DNA of 64,000 nt from Felis catus (lineage: Eukaryota): positions 96,906,001-96,970,000 of the forward strand of contig NC_058369.1 of the NCBI RefSeq assembly GCF_018350175.1, in the 5' to 3' direction. Numbering within the stretch: position 1 is the first letter of the stretch; every line of letters begins with the position of its first letter. The notes beneath the pieces were generated by a model. The model saw only the letters and a program-made list of their open reading frames with translations, was not told the origin of the DNA and ran no database searches. The position numbers and the translations under genes were made by a program. Shown here one piece after another: positions 38,749 through 52,249 of the stretch.

Positions 38749-41700
38749 TAATTTTACTTTGATTATTTCTTTTGTTTTGGGCAAGGAGCTTCATCTCTAT
38801 GTCAGTTTCCTGTCTATAGAAAGACTCCTTAGCCAATCCTCCTTGACTAGGAGAAGAACACGCTCTCATATGCGAAGCTTATGGATTCCACTGGATCTGT
38901 CCAGCAGTCTTCTTAGGATAATGGTTTCCAACATGTCTTTTAACCACTTTTTTTTTTTTTAACAAAAGCTCTTGTGGGAGCCCCATATATAAACCAGATG
39001 AATGTGGAGTCTAAAAGCTTGATTGTGGAGCTGGACTTAGAACATGTAAATGAAATAACCCTGGACACTGGTTCAATTAATGGGTGAGACAATACAATCT
39101 GCACTACTTTGAATCCACAAATGAACACTCAACACTAATCTCTTCTCTAGAAGACTGTATTCCTTTGTTGCAGGGATGAGTTGGTCAGTGGAAACCACTT
39201 CTATTAATACACAGAGTCTAAATCACTAATTCAATGATGGTGATTGAATAATCTTCATTTAAGGAGAACAAATTTCCTTGACATGTAAAGTTTTTTTTAT
39301 TTTTATTTATTTTTTATATTTTTATTTATTTTTTTGTGGAAAGAATATGAAATGTCACTGTCTGAAAATAATGTGTCTATTCTCATAGATCAGCATTTCC
39401 AAAAGTGTATTCCATAGAATAGCAGTAATCCCATGAGAAGCAGCATAAAATAAAGTTTCCATGGCCAAAAATGTTTAGGGAAATTAAGCATTTCCTATAT
39501 TATTCTTAGAGATCTACCATAGACATTAGCACTTTAAAGTACCTAATTTTCTTGTACCAAAAACACTAGTCTGACTTTCAGTCTTCATTCTCCAAACTCA
39601 TTTGACTATGAAAAAAATGTTTTTGGCAATAACAATTATTAACCCATCTACAGCATATACTTTGAAAATGCTCTTTTGGCTCAATGGCAATTTCTAACCC
39701 ACCATAGTCTATTAAGTTTGCAAGTCATGAGAAAGAGCTGCCCTTTTACTTAAAATTTTCTTTTTTTCTTCTCCATGGAGCAAAAGTGGAATTTCTGAGG
39801 TCTTAAATATTCCCCAGACTTGGTACAAAGCCCAAAGCTATAAAAGGCATCTCAGAGGCAGTTGCTCCTTTGGAGCATTATTTGTTAAGAACCTCTCCTC
39901 TAATACCCTGGCTATGAGAACAAGTAGTATGAGGGTATAGGCATACAGCAGGAAAGAGAAGAGACAGGCACTGCTTATCTCAAAATAGCTGTAGCCTTTT
40001 GTCACCCAAGGCCTAGAATCTGTTTCAAATTTGAAATTTGACATTCCTTTTGAAAAAAGATCTATCTAATATGTTTATGTAGATATAGTCCAAGTGAACA
40101 GGTAAATAAATTTTGTGAAACCACAGGGTATACTGGTTTGTTGCCTCAGCAATGCCTTCTGTTTGGATAACTCCTTTATTATGTGACCTACTAGAAAATC
40201 ATTCTTCATTACTCTAGGCAGCTTGCCAAGACATAGTGTTGTCATTATGTCATTCCTTCATGTCATTATTTATGTTGACATATTCAGCAAAACAGACTGA
40301 CTTCTTGCCTTCATCATGAGTTTAAAGTGCTCATCTAACTCTAAGCTCCAAGTTTAGGTAGTAAAAACTGGCACTCTCTGCAGTGGGGCTGTTTTTGGTA
40401 AACTAGTTGGCACATCATGCAAAAGCATCTAGATGAGCAGGGAAGCAGAATAAAAGTGATGTCACATTGAAAAAAAATGACTTTATCTTTGACTCTTGTC
40501 AATGATCTGACATAATAAGTGTTCAATAAGCATATATTGAATGAAAAAGATAGATTGCCTCTAAGCAGTTGGCTAGGCAACATTAATCAGTGGGAAATCT
40601 TGGAGAAATGGTTCAAAATCACGTGTAGTTCAAAAGTGTGCCATTACTCAAATGGATATTATTAATGAATAATCAGGCAGGATTTGGTTAATTAAGACTA
40701 ATTTGAGGAAATGGCATTGTGACCTCATGGTACTGGATCTCCAATGGCAGTCATGATAGAGAAAGGAGAGATAAGAACTGACTGGTTCAAATCAACTTAG
40801 TTAAAAACACATCATGCACTTATTATGTGTGTCTTAATACCATCTCAAGATAAAGTTTAACTTCAATATGTGAGAAGTTGGAAGAAAAACAGTCCAGTCT
40901 AAAGCGTCAGCATGAGCAAAGACAAGGATGTGGGAATCATTAAATGTATTGAGGAAACTCTAATTGGGCTGATTGTGAAGTTCATGTTCTTGGTCGTTAC
41001 CTATGTACTGCCATCTGACATGAAAGGAATAAACTCAGCTTTGGACAAATGAAATTGGAGTCGTCAGCAGGGTCTTCTATATGGAGAACCTAAAATGCAC
41101 CTGGTTGTAATTAATATATTCACTGCTTCTGTATAAGCTCATAACCTTATAGTCTTATGGGTTCTGTGAGATCACTTATGGTGAATATGGGAAGAGAAGT
41201 CAGTACAGTGTAATGGAAAAAAGATCTTGGGCTAAGGAATAAGGAATCCATAGTCTAATCCTAGAATAACCTCAAACTCATCATGTGACTCTTAAGCATG
41301 TTACTGCACCTGTCTGGACATAAATTTCATTATCTATAAATTAGAAAATAGAGCTATAATTAAGGGTTCTTCTCACTCCAACAGTGGCTCTAAGTTGAGC
41401 TACAACAAAATATAAAAAATATATTTTGAAGAAAGAGAAAGCGTAGTAATTAGATACATATTGGGTCTATTTGACCCTCCAATAGAAAATAAACAAAAAC
41501 AGCATTTTCCACTTTGTGTTCTCCAAAATATGATACCTATGACCACTCATTTAATAATGAAAAAGGGAAAGAGTAATTCACTAGGACAAAGTTGGAGAAA
41601 TGTGGAATATTATGTGCTCTTTTCTGGAAAAAGCATTAGGTTGATGTTAGGATACTAAAGGTTCTGAGAAGTCCTGCATCATTTAACTAAATTCATTTAA

Positions 41701-42144
41701 GTTAGCTCTTGTTACTAATTACATTTACCAATAATAATGTGCAATTAACACTCTAGGACTGAACAGGCAAGCTTAGCTATTAGTTGACTTCCACTAATTT
41801 CAGTGAATGAAAGGTGTGTTGCTCTTTCTTTATTAGCAGAAGACTTACTAGCATTTCTTTATTATATTGGAATAGAAATGACAGGACTTTGCCACAACTT
41901 GTCTGGATTACTGCAACTCACCTGAATAGATGACTGAGTTAAGTATATTGGTGCTATTACAGCATGGGGAATATAGTCAATTAAAAAAATATGTTGGTGC
42001 TTTGTTTTGAAAGTGCATTTTCACAACTACTGATATATGAAAAGTATCCTCTCTTATCCAGGAGACATCCTGAGAGGCACTGCACTGGTCAATTCAAATT
42101 ACAAACTCTTTTAAGTCAAACTTTAAAATATTTATATAGAATCT

Positions 42145-42350
42145 GGGGCGCCTGGGTGGCTCAGCTGGTTAAGCGTCTGACTTCGGCTTAGGCCATGATC
42201 TCACAGTTTGTGAGTTCAAGCCCCACGTTGGGCTCTGTGCTCACAGCTCAGAGCCTGGAGCCTGCTTCAGATTCTGTGTCTCCCTCTCTCTCTGCCCCTC
42301 CCCTGCTCGTGCTCTCTCTGTCTTAAAAATAAATAAAACATTAAAAAAAA
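42145..42350 (+). mobile_element. Can-SINE
   Basis: ggggcgcctgggtggctcag head to aataaa tail; degenerate TSD tttat(a/g)tagaat. Confidence 0.95.
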
Positions 42351-43006
42351 TTTATGTAGAATTCAATGTCGTACACACATCAAACTATTCTATAAATACC
42401 AATAGGAATTCGAACTTGTGGGTTTATGATTTAGTCCTTACATACACATTATTGGGCCCTTATACACACACTTTTGACCAAATCTTCTTTCAGAAAAAGA
42501 TAAACCTGATTTCATTGGATGCTAGAACTGAAAGAGATTCTAGAATTTAAATTTTCCAAACCTCTCATTGTACAGGTGAGCTCATGAAAACCTACTGAAA
42601 GAAGGTTAGTGGAAAAGGTCTAGTTAAACCCTTATCATATTCCCAGACTAGTGTGTGCTCGAAACTACTACCTTGCCTCACACCAAAGGTTTTCCCTTGT
42701 TGGTTTTAACCTTCTGCCCATGAAGCCTGTAAGGCCTAGTCTCGCTGGGATAGAAGTAAACAACAACCACAATCATCCTCTTGATCAGTTTGGTTTCTCT
42801 TAATCACCTTCAGGAATTCTGTTTGGTTCTGGTTTCAAGGATATATTAGGGTAGAAGATGTTTAGGCCTGAATAAAGTGGGTTATATAAAGGAATATCTA
42901 TCCTGTGGTGTTATTCAAAATGCGTAACAATGGCTGCCACTTAAACATCCACTGATCAGAACATTTGCTCACTGTTAACCGCAGACTCTGTTGTGCCAGT
43001 GCTCAC

Positions 43007-43700
43007 CAGCCCTGGAGTTGTCCACTTTCTTCCCCTCTGCATAACCTTGGTGTTCATTATACATGTGTCTCTGTATGTTTGTGTTTACAGAAATGGAGGT
43101 GAAGTGGAATGAGGCAGAGAGCACTTAGTTATAAATTCACTCATTAAATATATGAGTCAGATGCACTTTTTGCTCTTATGAGCCATTATGTACTACAGAG
43201 AATGCCTGAGTGGAAGCTACTCTTATGTATCCCCTTTATTTATACATGTTTCCCAATCCTCTCACCATTTCTGAGATTCCACACAAATATATTTCACTGA
43301 GAATCTTACAAGGGGCAAGCCTGCTCCTGTTTTTCCAATTCCAGTAGCATATATTTACTAACAGAGAAAAGTACTATCAAATATAATTTAATCATTACAA
43401 AGCTTTCTTTTTCTTCCTATTAAATTATTTAAGGATCCATTTCCCTGAAATTTGAGTGCCTAGGAAATTATCTTTTTTGCATTGCATGGCTGTGTAAGCA
43501 GTTCAAAAGTTTCTGTAAAATTAGCTGGATTCCCTTGAAAAACAGATTAAGTGGGATTAATGACATCAGGGATGGTCAGCCAAGCTGGAACCCTCGATGT
43601 CAGCCATGATGATGCAGATAGTCTTCATTATAGCAGTTGTTTCCCACCATGACCCTAACAGCTAACATTCAAGGCCCTGATCTAAGGGATTTTTGTCTAA
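43007..43700 (-). promoter_or_regulatory. Candidate alternative CALCR promoter and first exon (osteoclast-type), exon ending at donor 43007
   Basis: Donor CTG|gtgagc at 43007/43006; minus-strand TATAAAT at 43238-43244; AP-1 TGAGTCA at 43153-43159; five GGAAA cores at 43249-43644; TGACATCA at 43561-43568. Function is inferred. Confidence 0.4.
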
Positions 43701-44200
43701 AATTATGGTGTCAAAGTCAATTTCAATGTGGCAATTTAATATTTCAGAAGAAGCCAACATTTTGCAACCTGCTTTATTGAAGAAAGAATGGTCCTTTCTT
43801 TATTAAAGAAACTTGCATATGATTCACTTTGCCAATTCATTTTTTAAAAATTATACATGTAAAGAAATTATGGTCCATGAAATAAGACTTAGCCGATCAT
43901 ACATTTAATTAGGAACGCCAAAGAAGTGATCTTAATGCATGTGATTTGATTTGGGGATGTAGATGGGATGATAACTGAGAATCATGGAGACAAGTTCAGT
44001 GAATTCAGAATGTGTCTGGGAGATATCCAGATAATCTCTATCCATAAGTAATCCCTATTTGTATTTTCCCAATCTCTGACTGAATTTCTATGACAGATCT
44101 TTGTACTTCCTGCTGCCCTTTGGTGGTTTGCATTCAGTGAGAGTAGCTAAAGGAAACACTGCAAAGACATAGAGGGAACCTAAAGTTTATCAAGAAAAAG

Positions 44201-44423
44201 TTTTTAAAATTTTTTTAAAGTTTATTTATTTTGAGTAAGATAGAGACAGCATGAGTAGGGGAGGGGCAGAGAGAGAGGGAGAGAGAGAGAATCCCGAGCC
44301 GGCTCTGCATTGCCAGCGCAGAGCCCGATGTGGGGATCTAACTCATGAAACTGTGAGATCATGACCTAAGCCGAAACTGAGAGTCGGACACCTACTTAAC
44401 CGACCGAGTCACCCAAGCGCCCC
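44201..44423 (-). mobile_element. Can-SINE
   Basis: Full element; degenerate TSD aagaaaaa(g/c)tttt. Confidence 0.92.
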
Positions 44424-44852
44424 AGTAAAGAAAAACTTTTATCCTCAGGGGCTTGTTGATACATATATAGTAGTCTTTAGCTAAATTAAAACATGTCTTA
44501 AAATGGACTTTTTTTTTTTTTTTAAGAAAAAACTGGTGGTTGGGAAAGGAAGGAAGGAAACTAAAATGAATTGAGTGCATACGAAGAGCCAGGTAATTCT
44601 ATTTATTACATTATCCTCACATTAAATGCAAATAAGCGTTATCTCCGCCTTATGCATAAGGAAACAAAGGTTTGCAGGTGTTAGGTGACTATATTACGAT
44701 CTCATAGTCAATGAGGGGCAGAGACAAAAATTTGAAAACGGTTCTTCGAACTATGTTCTTTTCATATTTCACACTGATTCTAGAAATACGTACATTTAAA
44801 ATCAGTATTAGGCAATGGCACTTTGAAAATAAGTTGTCAGTAATTTTTCTTT

Positions 44853-45226
44853 TTATTTTTTTAAATGTGTATTTTGATTTTTATAATGGCTAATATTTAT
44901 TGAAAAAAATTTTTTTTTCATTTACATCCAAATTAGTTAGCATATAGTGCAACGATTTCAGAGTAGATTCCTTAGTGCCCCTTACCCATTTAGCCCATCC
45001 CCCCTCCCACAAACCCTCCAGTAACCCTCAGAATGTGTATTTATTTTTGAGACAGAGAGAGAGAGCATGAGCAGGGGAGGGGCAGAGAGAGAGGGGGACA
45101 GAAGATTCTAAGACGGCCCTGTGCTGACAGCAGATAGCCTGATGCAGGGCTCAACCTCATGAACCACGAGATCATGACCTGAGCCGAAGTTGGGATGCTT
45201 AACTGACTGAGCCACTCAGGCGCCCC
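44853..45226 (-). mobile_element. Can-SINE whose tail is interrupted by a 5'-truncated carnivore L1 3' end (44875-45031)
   Basis: L1-type 3'UTR tttacatccaaattagttagcatatagtg...cccctccc; inner TSD aatgtgtattt at 44864-44874 and 45032-45042. Confidence 0.85.
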
Positions 45227-46712
45227 TCAACAATTTTTCTTTTTAAAGGAGAATCATCTGTGCTTTAAAAAGTATGTAAAGTTTTACTTTGGAAAAAATA
45301 TAGAAGTTTGGTAAAGATTTATTGTCTCTTAAATTAACAATTTGAAGAGTGTTAAACATGTTAAATATATTTCATTCTTTCTCTTGGTTAATACGTATTT
45401 TACTTTGTATTTTTATAGAATTCTAATTTATCATACACTTTTTTATAATTAATTCCAAATAATGACAATACATTTCCACTTAGGGTCTCTTCATGAACGT
45501 TCCTTGTTGAAGGGTTATGGGCCAATGAGGATTCTGAGCTTTCGTTAGCAACCCATTATAACCACCAAAAGCTTCCAACAAGGACCAAATCTAAAAGGCA
45601 TTAAGAGATTTATGACTATTCATTTTAAAAACATTAGACAAATGTTATTTTCTTAGGTCGACTGTATTGACTATATTGAATTTTATCTAAATCATGCATG
45701 TAAAATAATAATCATACTTTGAAATGATTGTTGCTTAAAGACAGATGTAAATTATTTATATTCTTTTTTCTAACTTAACTGTATTGAAGCAATTATTCAC
45801 AAGTGCTTCAATGTCAGTTTCAAAGTTGCTCTCTGTGGAATCGTGCTAATTCTGGAGTTGGCCACCAAGGTGAATACTGGGCTAGATTACAACTAATGCT
45901 CCTTGATTAACTGCTTCAATATGCCTACAATAGGTAATTTAAAAATGCAGTGCTATATTTTTCTCCTTCTGTTAGAATTAAATGCAGAGTCTATACAACC
46001 AAAGATAATTAAGATCAAAACCAAAATACTCAATTCATCAAGGATCTTCTTAACCCAGTATCAGTGGTGAGGCTAATGTTGATCCCTGGGCTCTCCTAAA
46101 CCAAAGAACTGTGGGAAATAGAGCCAGCCAAATGTTTCCATCTGGTCCATATCAACTGCTGTTTTAGAGTCAGCTTAATTAAGCATTGGCAAGTAAAATA
46201 CTGAAATAATTTAGAAAGGTGTAAACAGAAGCCCATTAAAACAAACACATAACAAAGGAATTTTCAAACATAAAAAGTAATACTTTTACGAGTAGTTTGC
46301 TTATATTGTCATCAGTTAATACTTTGTTAAATGCCATGGATGTTCATAGTTCATGGCACTGGTTTAACTGCAGTTCAATTCTAATTTGTCTCCCTAGAAC
46401 AGAGATGCTTGTCATGGAGTTTTGTGTATATAACAAATTCACCACTTGAAATGGGTAGCAAACATCACTGTAAAGTGCACAAGCTCACCCACCACACTCA
46501 TCAATACATACATATACCTCGTTGACACAAAGGTAAACCACATGAGCCCATGGGCTGACAATATTTACCAGAACAGGAAACAAAATCAATAGCACAAATG
46601 GAAACATAGCCTAGGAATTGTTTCCTTGATTTATACTTAAGACCAGGATATTTATCACAGTCATTCAGAAATGTCTTTAAAGTTATTTTTTAATTAAAAA
46701 TCAGTGTTTCTT

Positions 46713-46911
46713 GGGGCTTCTGGGTGGCTCGGTCGGTTAAGCATCTGACTCTTGGTTTCAGGTCAGGTCAGGGTCTCACAGTTGGTGGGATCAGGCCCCA
46801 TGTTGGGTTCAGCACTGACAGCACGGAACCTGCTTGGAATCCTCTCTTTCTTTTTCTGACTCTCCCCCTCTTGTGCTCTCTCTCTCTCTCAAAATAAATA
46901 AATAAACTCAA
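46713..46911 (+). mobile_element. Can-SINE
   Basis: TSD aaaaatcagtgtttctt at 46696-46712 and 46912-46928. Confidence 0.94.
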
Positions 46912-47463
46912 AAAAATCAGTGTTTCTTGAAAAATAAGATAACAAAAGTCCTATTTTATTAAAAGAAGACAGTATAGAAGAATTTGATTGTCATATATAT
47001 GAGTCCTATGGCAAAATGTGCCTTGCTATTTTTATACAATACTATCAAAGACATAAAATTCAACAGCGCCTGGTTTAAGAGCAATGATAATATCATGCTC
47101 AGACAGCACATTTTTTCCTTGTATCAACATAAATATTAGAGACTTAGAGAACAAGTCAGAATATGTATTTTTTTTTTGGCTAAAATAATTCAGTAGAAGT
47201 AGGAAAAAATACTGCAACATAAGGGTTCATGCATTTTAACATAATTTCTTGATGGGATTTTACCACCGTAAATCTTAAATACTATAAGCATTATAGTAAT
47301 AGGAAAATATAACTACCTTCTGGCAAAATTCTGCTTTATTAACTGCATAAGTTTGTAAACTTAAACAGTTTTGCAGTATGTGTCAAAATCCTTAAAACAT
47401 ATAGACCCTTTGACAGGGTTTTTTTTTTCTTCTCAAGATATAATCATAAATTGGCTCAAATTT

Positions 47464-47675
47464 GAGCCTCTAGGTGGTTCAGTCGGTTAAGCATCAAACT
47501 TCAGTTCAGGTAATGATCTCACAGTCTGTGGGTTCAATCCCTGTGTCAGGCTCTGTGCTGACAGCTCAGAGCCCGGAGCCTACTTCAGATTCTGTGCCTC
47601 CCTCTCTTTCCGCCTCTCCCCTGCTTGTGTCTGCTCTCTCTCTCTCAAAAATAAGCATTAAAAGAAAATTAAAAA
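47464..47675 (+). mobile_element. Can-SINE inserted in an old L1M-like relic (about 47270-47990)
   Basis: TSD ataaattg(g/a)ctcaaattt at 47446-47463 and 47676-47693. Confidence 0.9.
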
Positions 47676-48134
47676 ATAAATTGACTCAAATTTAATTATA
47701 GAAATATTCATTATAATATTGTCTACTGTAGTGGAATTTGGAAGTAATCTAAATGCTCGAAATAATGGATTCGTGAAATAAACTTTGGTCCATCTACCCT
47801 ATGGAACACCACACAGACATTAAAAATTGTGTATTAGAATATTTAATTATCTTATTAGAATATTTAATTATCTTATTACACAGATAGGTATTTATTACAT
47901 TAACACTTTAAGAAAGGACTACAGATTAAATGCCCGGTATCACCTTATTTTTGTAAATATATATATGTGCACAGAAAAAAAGGCTTGAAGAATACAATTA
48001 ATTTTCTGAATTCCTTTATGCAGAAAGCACTATCAATGTATTATCTTCCTGAGTCCTTTCAGTTGCCTTAGATATTATCGTTGTTACTGTAATCCTGTAG
48101 CTATGGAAACTGAGTCTTAGGGGGCTTGGTAAAA

Positions 48135-48480
48135 TGTTAGTCAGATTTGCCGTGTAACAACCAACCCTCAAATCTTAGTGGCTGGAGAGGTCAGATCTTT
48201 ATTTTTTGCTCAAGTGACATGGAGCTACCAGGCAGCTGAACCTCCCTCTGTGGATCTGTGTCACATGACTTGTTTTCCTGTGACCAAGACTGAAGGAGCA
48301 ACACTGATCTGGAGCATGCTGTTCTCCTGGCAGGGGGTTGTCTTGCCAGAGGAGCCAAACTACAAAATGGCATTTCAAGCTTTGCTTAGGTGGGGGAAGA
48401 CACAACACTCACTCACATCCCATTGACCTAAGCAAGTCACAACATGAAGCCCGAATTCAATGTATCAGGAACAAACAATT
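48135..48480. mobile_element. MLT1 (ERVL-MaLR) LTR relic
   Basis: tgccgtgtaacaaccaaccctcaaatcttagtggct...cacatcccattgacctaagcaagtcaca...aagccc. Confidence 0.65.
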
Positions 48481-49924
48481 CTTTCCTGAGTAAAGAGAAA
48501 GTGAATAGTTAGAAACATACATACACACACGTACCCACGAGAAAACTGCACAAATTTCCACAGCTGAGTAAGTGGCAAAGATGATACTAAAATCTCTCCA
48601 GGAGGTGGGATCGCAGGTGATTTTCTTTTGCTTATATGCATTTTTCTAATGTTTACAATATATAGGAATTGTTTTTGAAATGTAGAAAAGGGAAAAAAAG
48701 AAGAGACAGAATAAACCAACTTGCCTTTGTTCCGGGTTTTATTTGGTATTGCTAATAGGAATGTTCCCTGTGGTGTAGCTTTGGAGAATAGACTAAGAAA
48801 GACTTACAGAAGGGGAGGGAAAGTTATATTCCTCTCACCTTAATTGTGTGGCCCTGCTTTTAATCTGTCTTCCGGTAACTGGAAGAATACTTAAAAAAAT
48901 GTTTGACAATAATCCCCAATAAGGAATACCCCACAGATTAAAAGAGGGCACTTAAAACAAGAGAGTGCCATTTCAGAGAGGTCCATTTTCTATAATTAAA
49001 GCTTCATTCATGATATCAACAGCAAGTTGCAATAAAAAAAATGAGTTAGTACTAAATTAGCAACACGTTTAAGACAGAATGTCTGATGGTCTTTCTAATT
49101 ACATCTCTTAAGAGTGCCCTGGTGGTGATTAGCTGTTAAAAATATATTTCACAAATGTAATTGCTAAACTATAAAGGGAAATGAATCTCAGTGGCCAATG
49201 AAGAACAGTCATAATATACCCATAAAAACAACTCCCAACAAAATACACACAAAGATGGAACATGTTCAGTGATATTATAGAAAACTGTCCAAGTTTTCCA
49301 TTTTACTTCTTATTGCTGTTTTGCTTCTTTGGAATTCCCACCAGCAGGGGAAAAAAAACAACATATCCTATCTCACATTTCGTAATTGCCTTTCCTAATA
49401 AACACTATGATAACATTACTTACATGTAGCTAAAAATAGTTAAAATTTGCAACGTCTGTGCTTGAAATAAAGGTACCACCCAGCTGTAGAGTAATAGACC
49501 ATAAGATAGTTACAATATCTAACCTCAGCAATATCTGGTACTCAAACAATGCCAGCAGGAATTCTTTAACCACATATTATTTTCTCTGTTCAGCAATATC
49601 TTTTCCTTTCTCCCACTGTGTGTGAAATCTGTGATCTGCCACTTTGGGCAGACACTCAAATAATACTTGTAAATAAGATAGGCCTCTATATCTACCACAA
49701 TCTTTATGGTTTTAAGACCAAAGAAGAGATAAAAATGTTCAATGACTAGGCTTGCGATATATATTTGACCAAAAAAATATGCCCCCTCGGCAACTCTGTG
49801 TAAATTCCACCCCTGCTATATCTTCAAATGGCATTTTTTTAGTGTGACATTTCTCAGGAAGAGAGAGGTGTTGTATAATTTATCAAAAAAACTACCCCCC
49901 CCCCATCAAAAAACCTCAAGGACA

Positions 49925-50125
49925 CCACAAAAAAACTACATTAAAAAATAAGCAAAAGACCTGAATACAAATGTCTCCAAAGAAAAAATGCAAATGGCCA
50001 CTAAGCATCTGAAAAGACGCTCAACATCATTAATCAAGAGGGAAATGCAAATCAAAACCATCTCAGTGGGAATGGGGGCAGGTGGGGAGGTTACTGTTCA
50101 ATGGGCACACAGCTTCAGTTGTGCA
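49925..50125 (+). mobile_element. L1 relic (ORF2 fragment [24 protein letters not shown] joined to an L1M-type 3'UTR piece)
   Basis: Resembles the L1 ORF2 motif QMANKHMKRCSTSLIIREMQIKT. Confidence 0.8.
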
Positions 50126-50263
50126 NNNNNNNNNNNNNNNNNNNNNNNNNNNNNNNNNNNNNNNNNNNNNNNNNNNNNNNNNNNNNNNNNNNNNNNNNNN
50201 NNNNNNNNNNNNNNNNNNNNNNNNNNNNNNNNNNNNNNNNNNNNNNNNNNNNNNNNNNNNNNN
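50126..50263. other. Assembly gap (138 N)
   Basis: Run of n. Confidence 1.
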
Positions 50264-50686
50264 AAAATAGTAAAAAGACACCAGAAAAAAAAAAGAAGCT
50301 TTGAATGACTGGTATCATTTAGAGTTCATCACTGACATGGTGGAGAAGGATAAAGTAACTGGCTGGGGTGGGGCTGCCGGGAAATAACAAGTGCCAGTTT
50401 GGAGATATGGATTCAAGTCCCAGCCCTGCTGTTGGCTACTTATGGGAATATGGTGAGATAAGGACCAGGGCTGTGTAAAATGAGAAAGTGCACTATAAGC
50501 TCTCTAAGTCCAATAACCCTACAACTCTATGAAGGAGGAGAATGATGAATAGAGAATCGAGTATTAAGCATGGCAGTACTCAGCAATCAGAGATGAAAGA
50601 AGGAGGAAACAGATTGCTTATGCTTAAACAGAGATTTTTTTTTCAAATGTTTTCTTTTCTTTTTTATATATTTACTTCTGCTTCAA

Positions 50687-51087
50687 TTTTTTAATATGAA
50701 ATTTATTGTCAAATTGGTTTCCATACAATACCCAGTGTTCATCCCAACAAGTGCCCTCCTCATTGCTCATCACCTACCCTCCCCTTCCCCCCACCCCCAT
50801 CAACCCTCAATTTATTCTCAGTTTTTAAGAGTCTCTTATGGTTTGGCTCCCTCCCTCTCTAACTTTCTTTCTTTTTTTTTTTTCCTTCCCCTTCCCCATG
50901 GTCTTCTGTTAAGTTTCTCAGGATCCACATAAGAGTGAAAACATATGGTATCTGTCTTTCTCTGTATGACTTACTTCACTTAGCATAACACTCTCCAGTT
51001 CCATCCATGTTGCTACAAAAGGCCATATTTCATTCTTTCTCATTGCCAAGTAGTATTCCATTGTGTATATAAACCACAATTTCTTTA
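50687..51087 (-). mobile_element. 5'-truncated carnivore/felid L1 (ORF2 C-terminus plus 3'UTR)
   Basis: KKLWFIYTMEYYLAMRKNEIWPFVATWMELESVMLSEVSHTEKDRYHMFSL in ORF 50918..51211. Confidence 0.93.
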
Positions 51088-52249
51088 GAAAATTCCTGTG
51101 GTCCAAACAGTGGTCAGGATCATAGGGCCTAGAGGATACACATTTTGTCCTTATCTCTCTCCCTTTGGAGCAAGATTGCTTCTTCCCTCTGGAGGGCAGC
51201 AAGCCAAACAATGAAAACTCAGTCTAATGACACTGCTTAGAGAGAAGCAGATGCCCTTATTTCATTACAGAATTGTTTGGAATGAATCATGAGGACATCC
51301 ATTCCTGGATAGCTCCAGAATGTGGCCAAGAAATAGAGGATGTTGAATCAAGGCTATTCGCTATTTTAATAGCTTTTCTCTTTTCCTTGTCTACGTTGTG
51401 AGGTTCCTCATGAAAGTGCAGTGACAGCTGCCTTGAACTACCATCACAAACAGTGCTGCGCCATTGAAATGCGTCACTGGGGTGCTTTTGCCCACTTAAT
51501 AAGCATATCACTGGTGAGTGCTGAAATTATCATAAAAAGGCAAAAAGAAAAAGCATAAAACAAAACTGAATCATAAGTTAAGACAAACAGATAATAAGAT
51601 TTTCAACAGAAACAAGTCAAATGGCCAGAGGTCACAAACAACCTTACCAACAATTATTACAGATGTATTGCCTGTGTGGGAACTAAATAAAGTATATCAT
51701 TATGGGGCAGATACCAGATTTTGGTCACAACTAGAGATTTCTTTGTTAAGTCTTTGATTTCTTACTTAGGATTTTAGAAAGTCTGAAAGGTACATCATTT
51801 CCTTATGCTGATTTTGTTTGCTTGGTCATTTGCGTTTGTGAACACAGTAAACTCTGGGAGTCATTTTATTCAAACAAAAAATTGTATTTGTTGAGCTTTT
51901 ATATTTTGTGCCAAATCATGTGCTAGACCTTGGAAATACAGTAAACAAAAATATATGAGATCCTTACCAACATGAAACTTGAAGCTGAGGTAACAGACAA
52001 TAAGAGGACTGGGAGAATAAATGCACCTAGCACGGGTAACAGAAGATTCCTGAAATAATGTAGGTTGAATTAGTTGTGACAGAAGAGTGGGAGTTTACCA
52101 AGCAGAGGAAGGAAGAGCTCTCAGTTAGACTAAAGCAATATGTGGAGTCCTATCATGTGGGGGAATGTGATGAATTTGACTCCTGTGAGCTACAGGGAAA
52201 CATGGGGCTGGAAAAGGGAGTTGGGATTAGATTACACAAAACACACACA

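Noticed and set aside
49988-50318. ORFs spanning the N run
   Set aside because: Artefacts of the assembly gap
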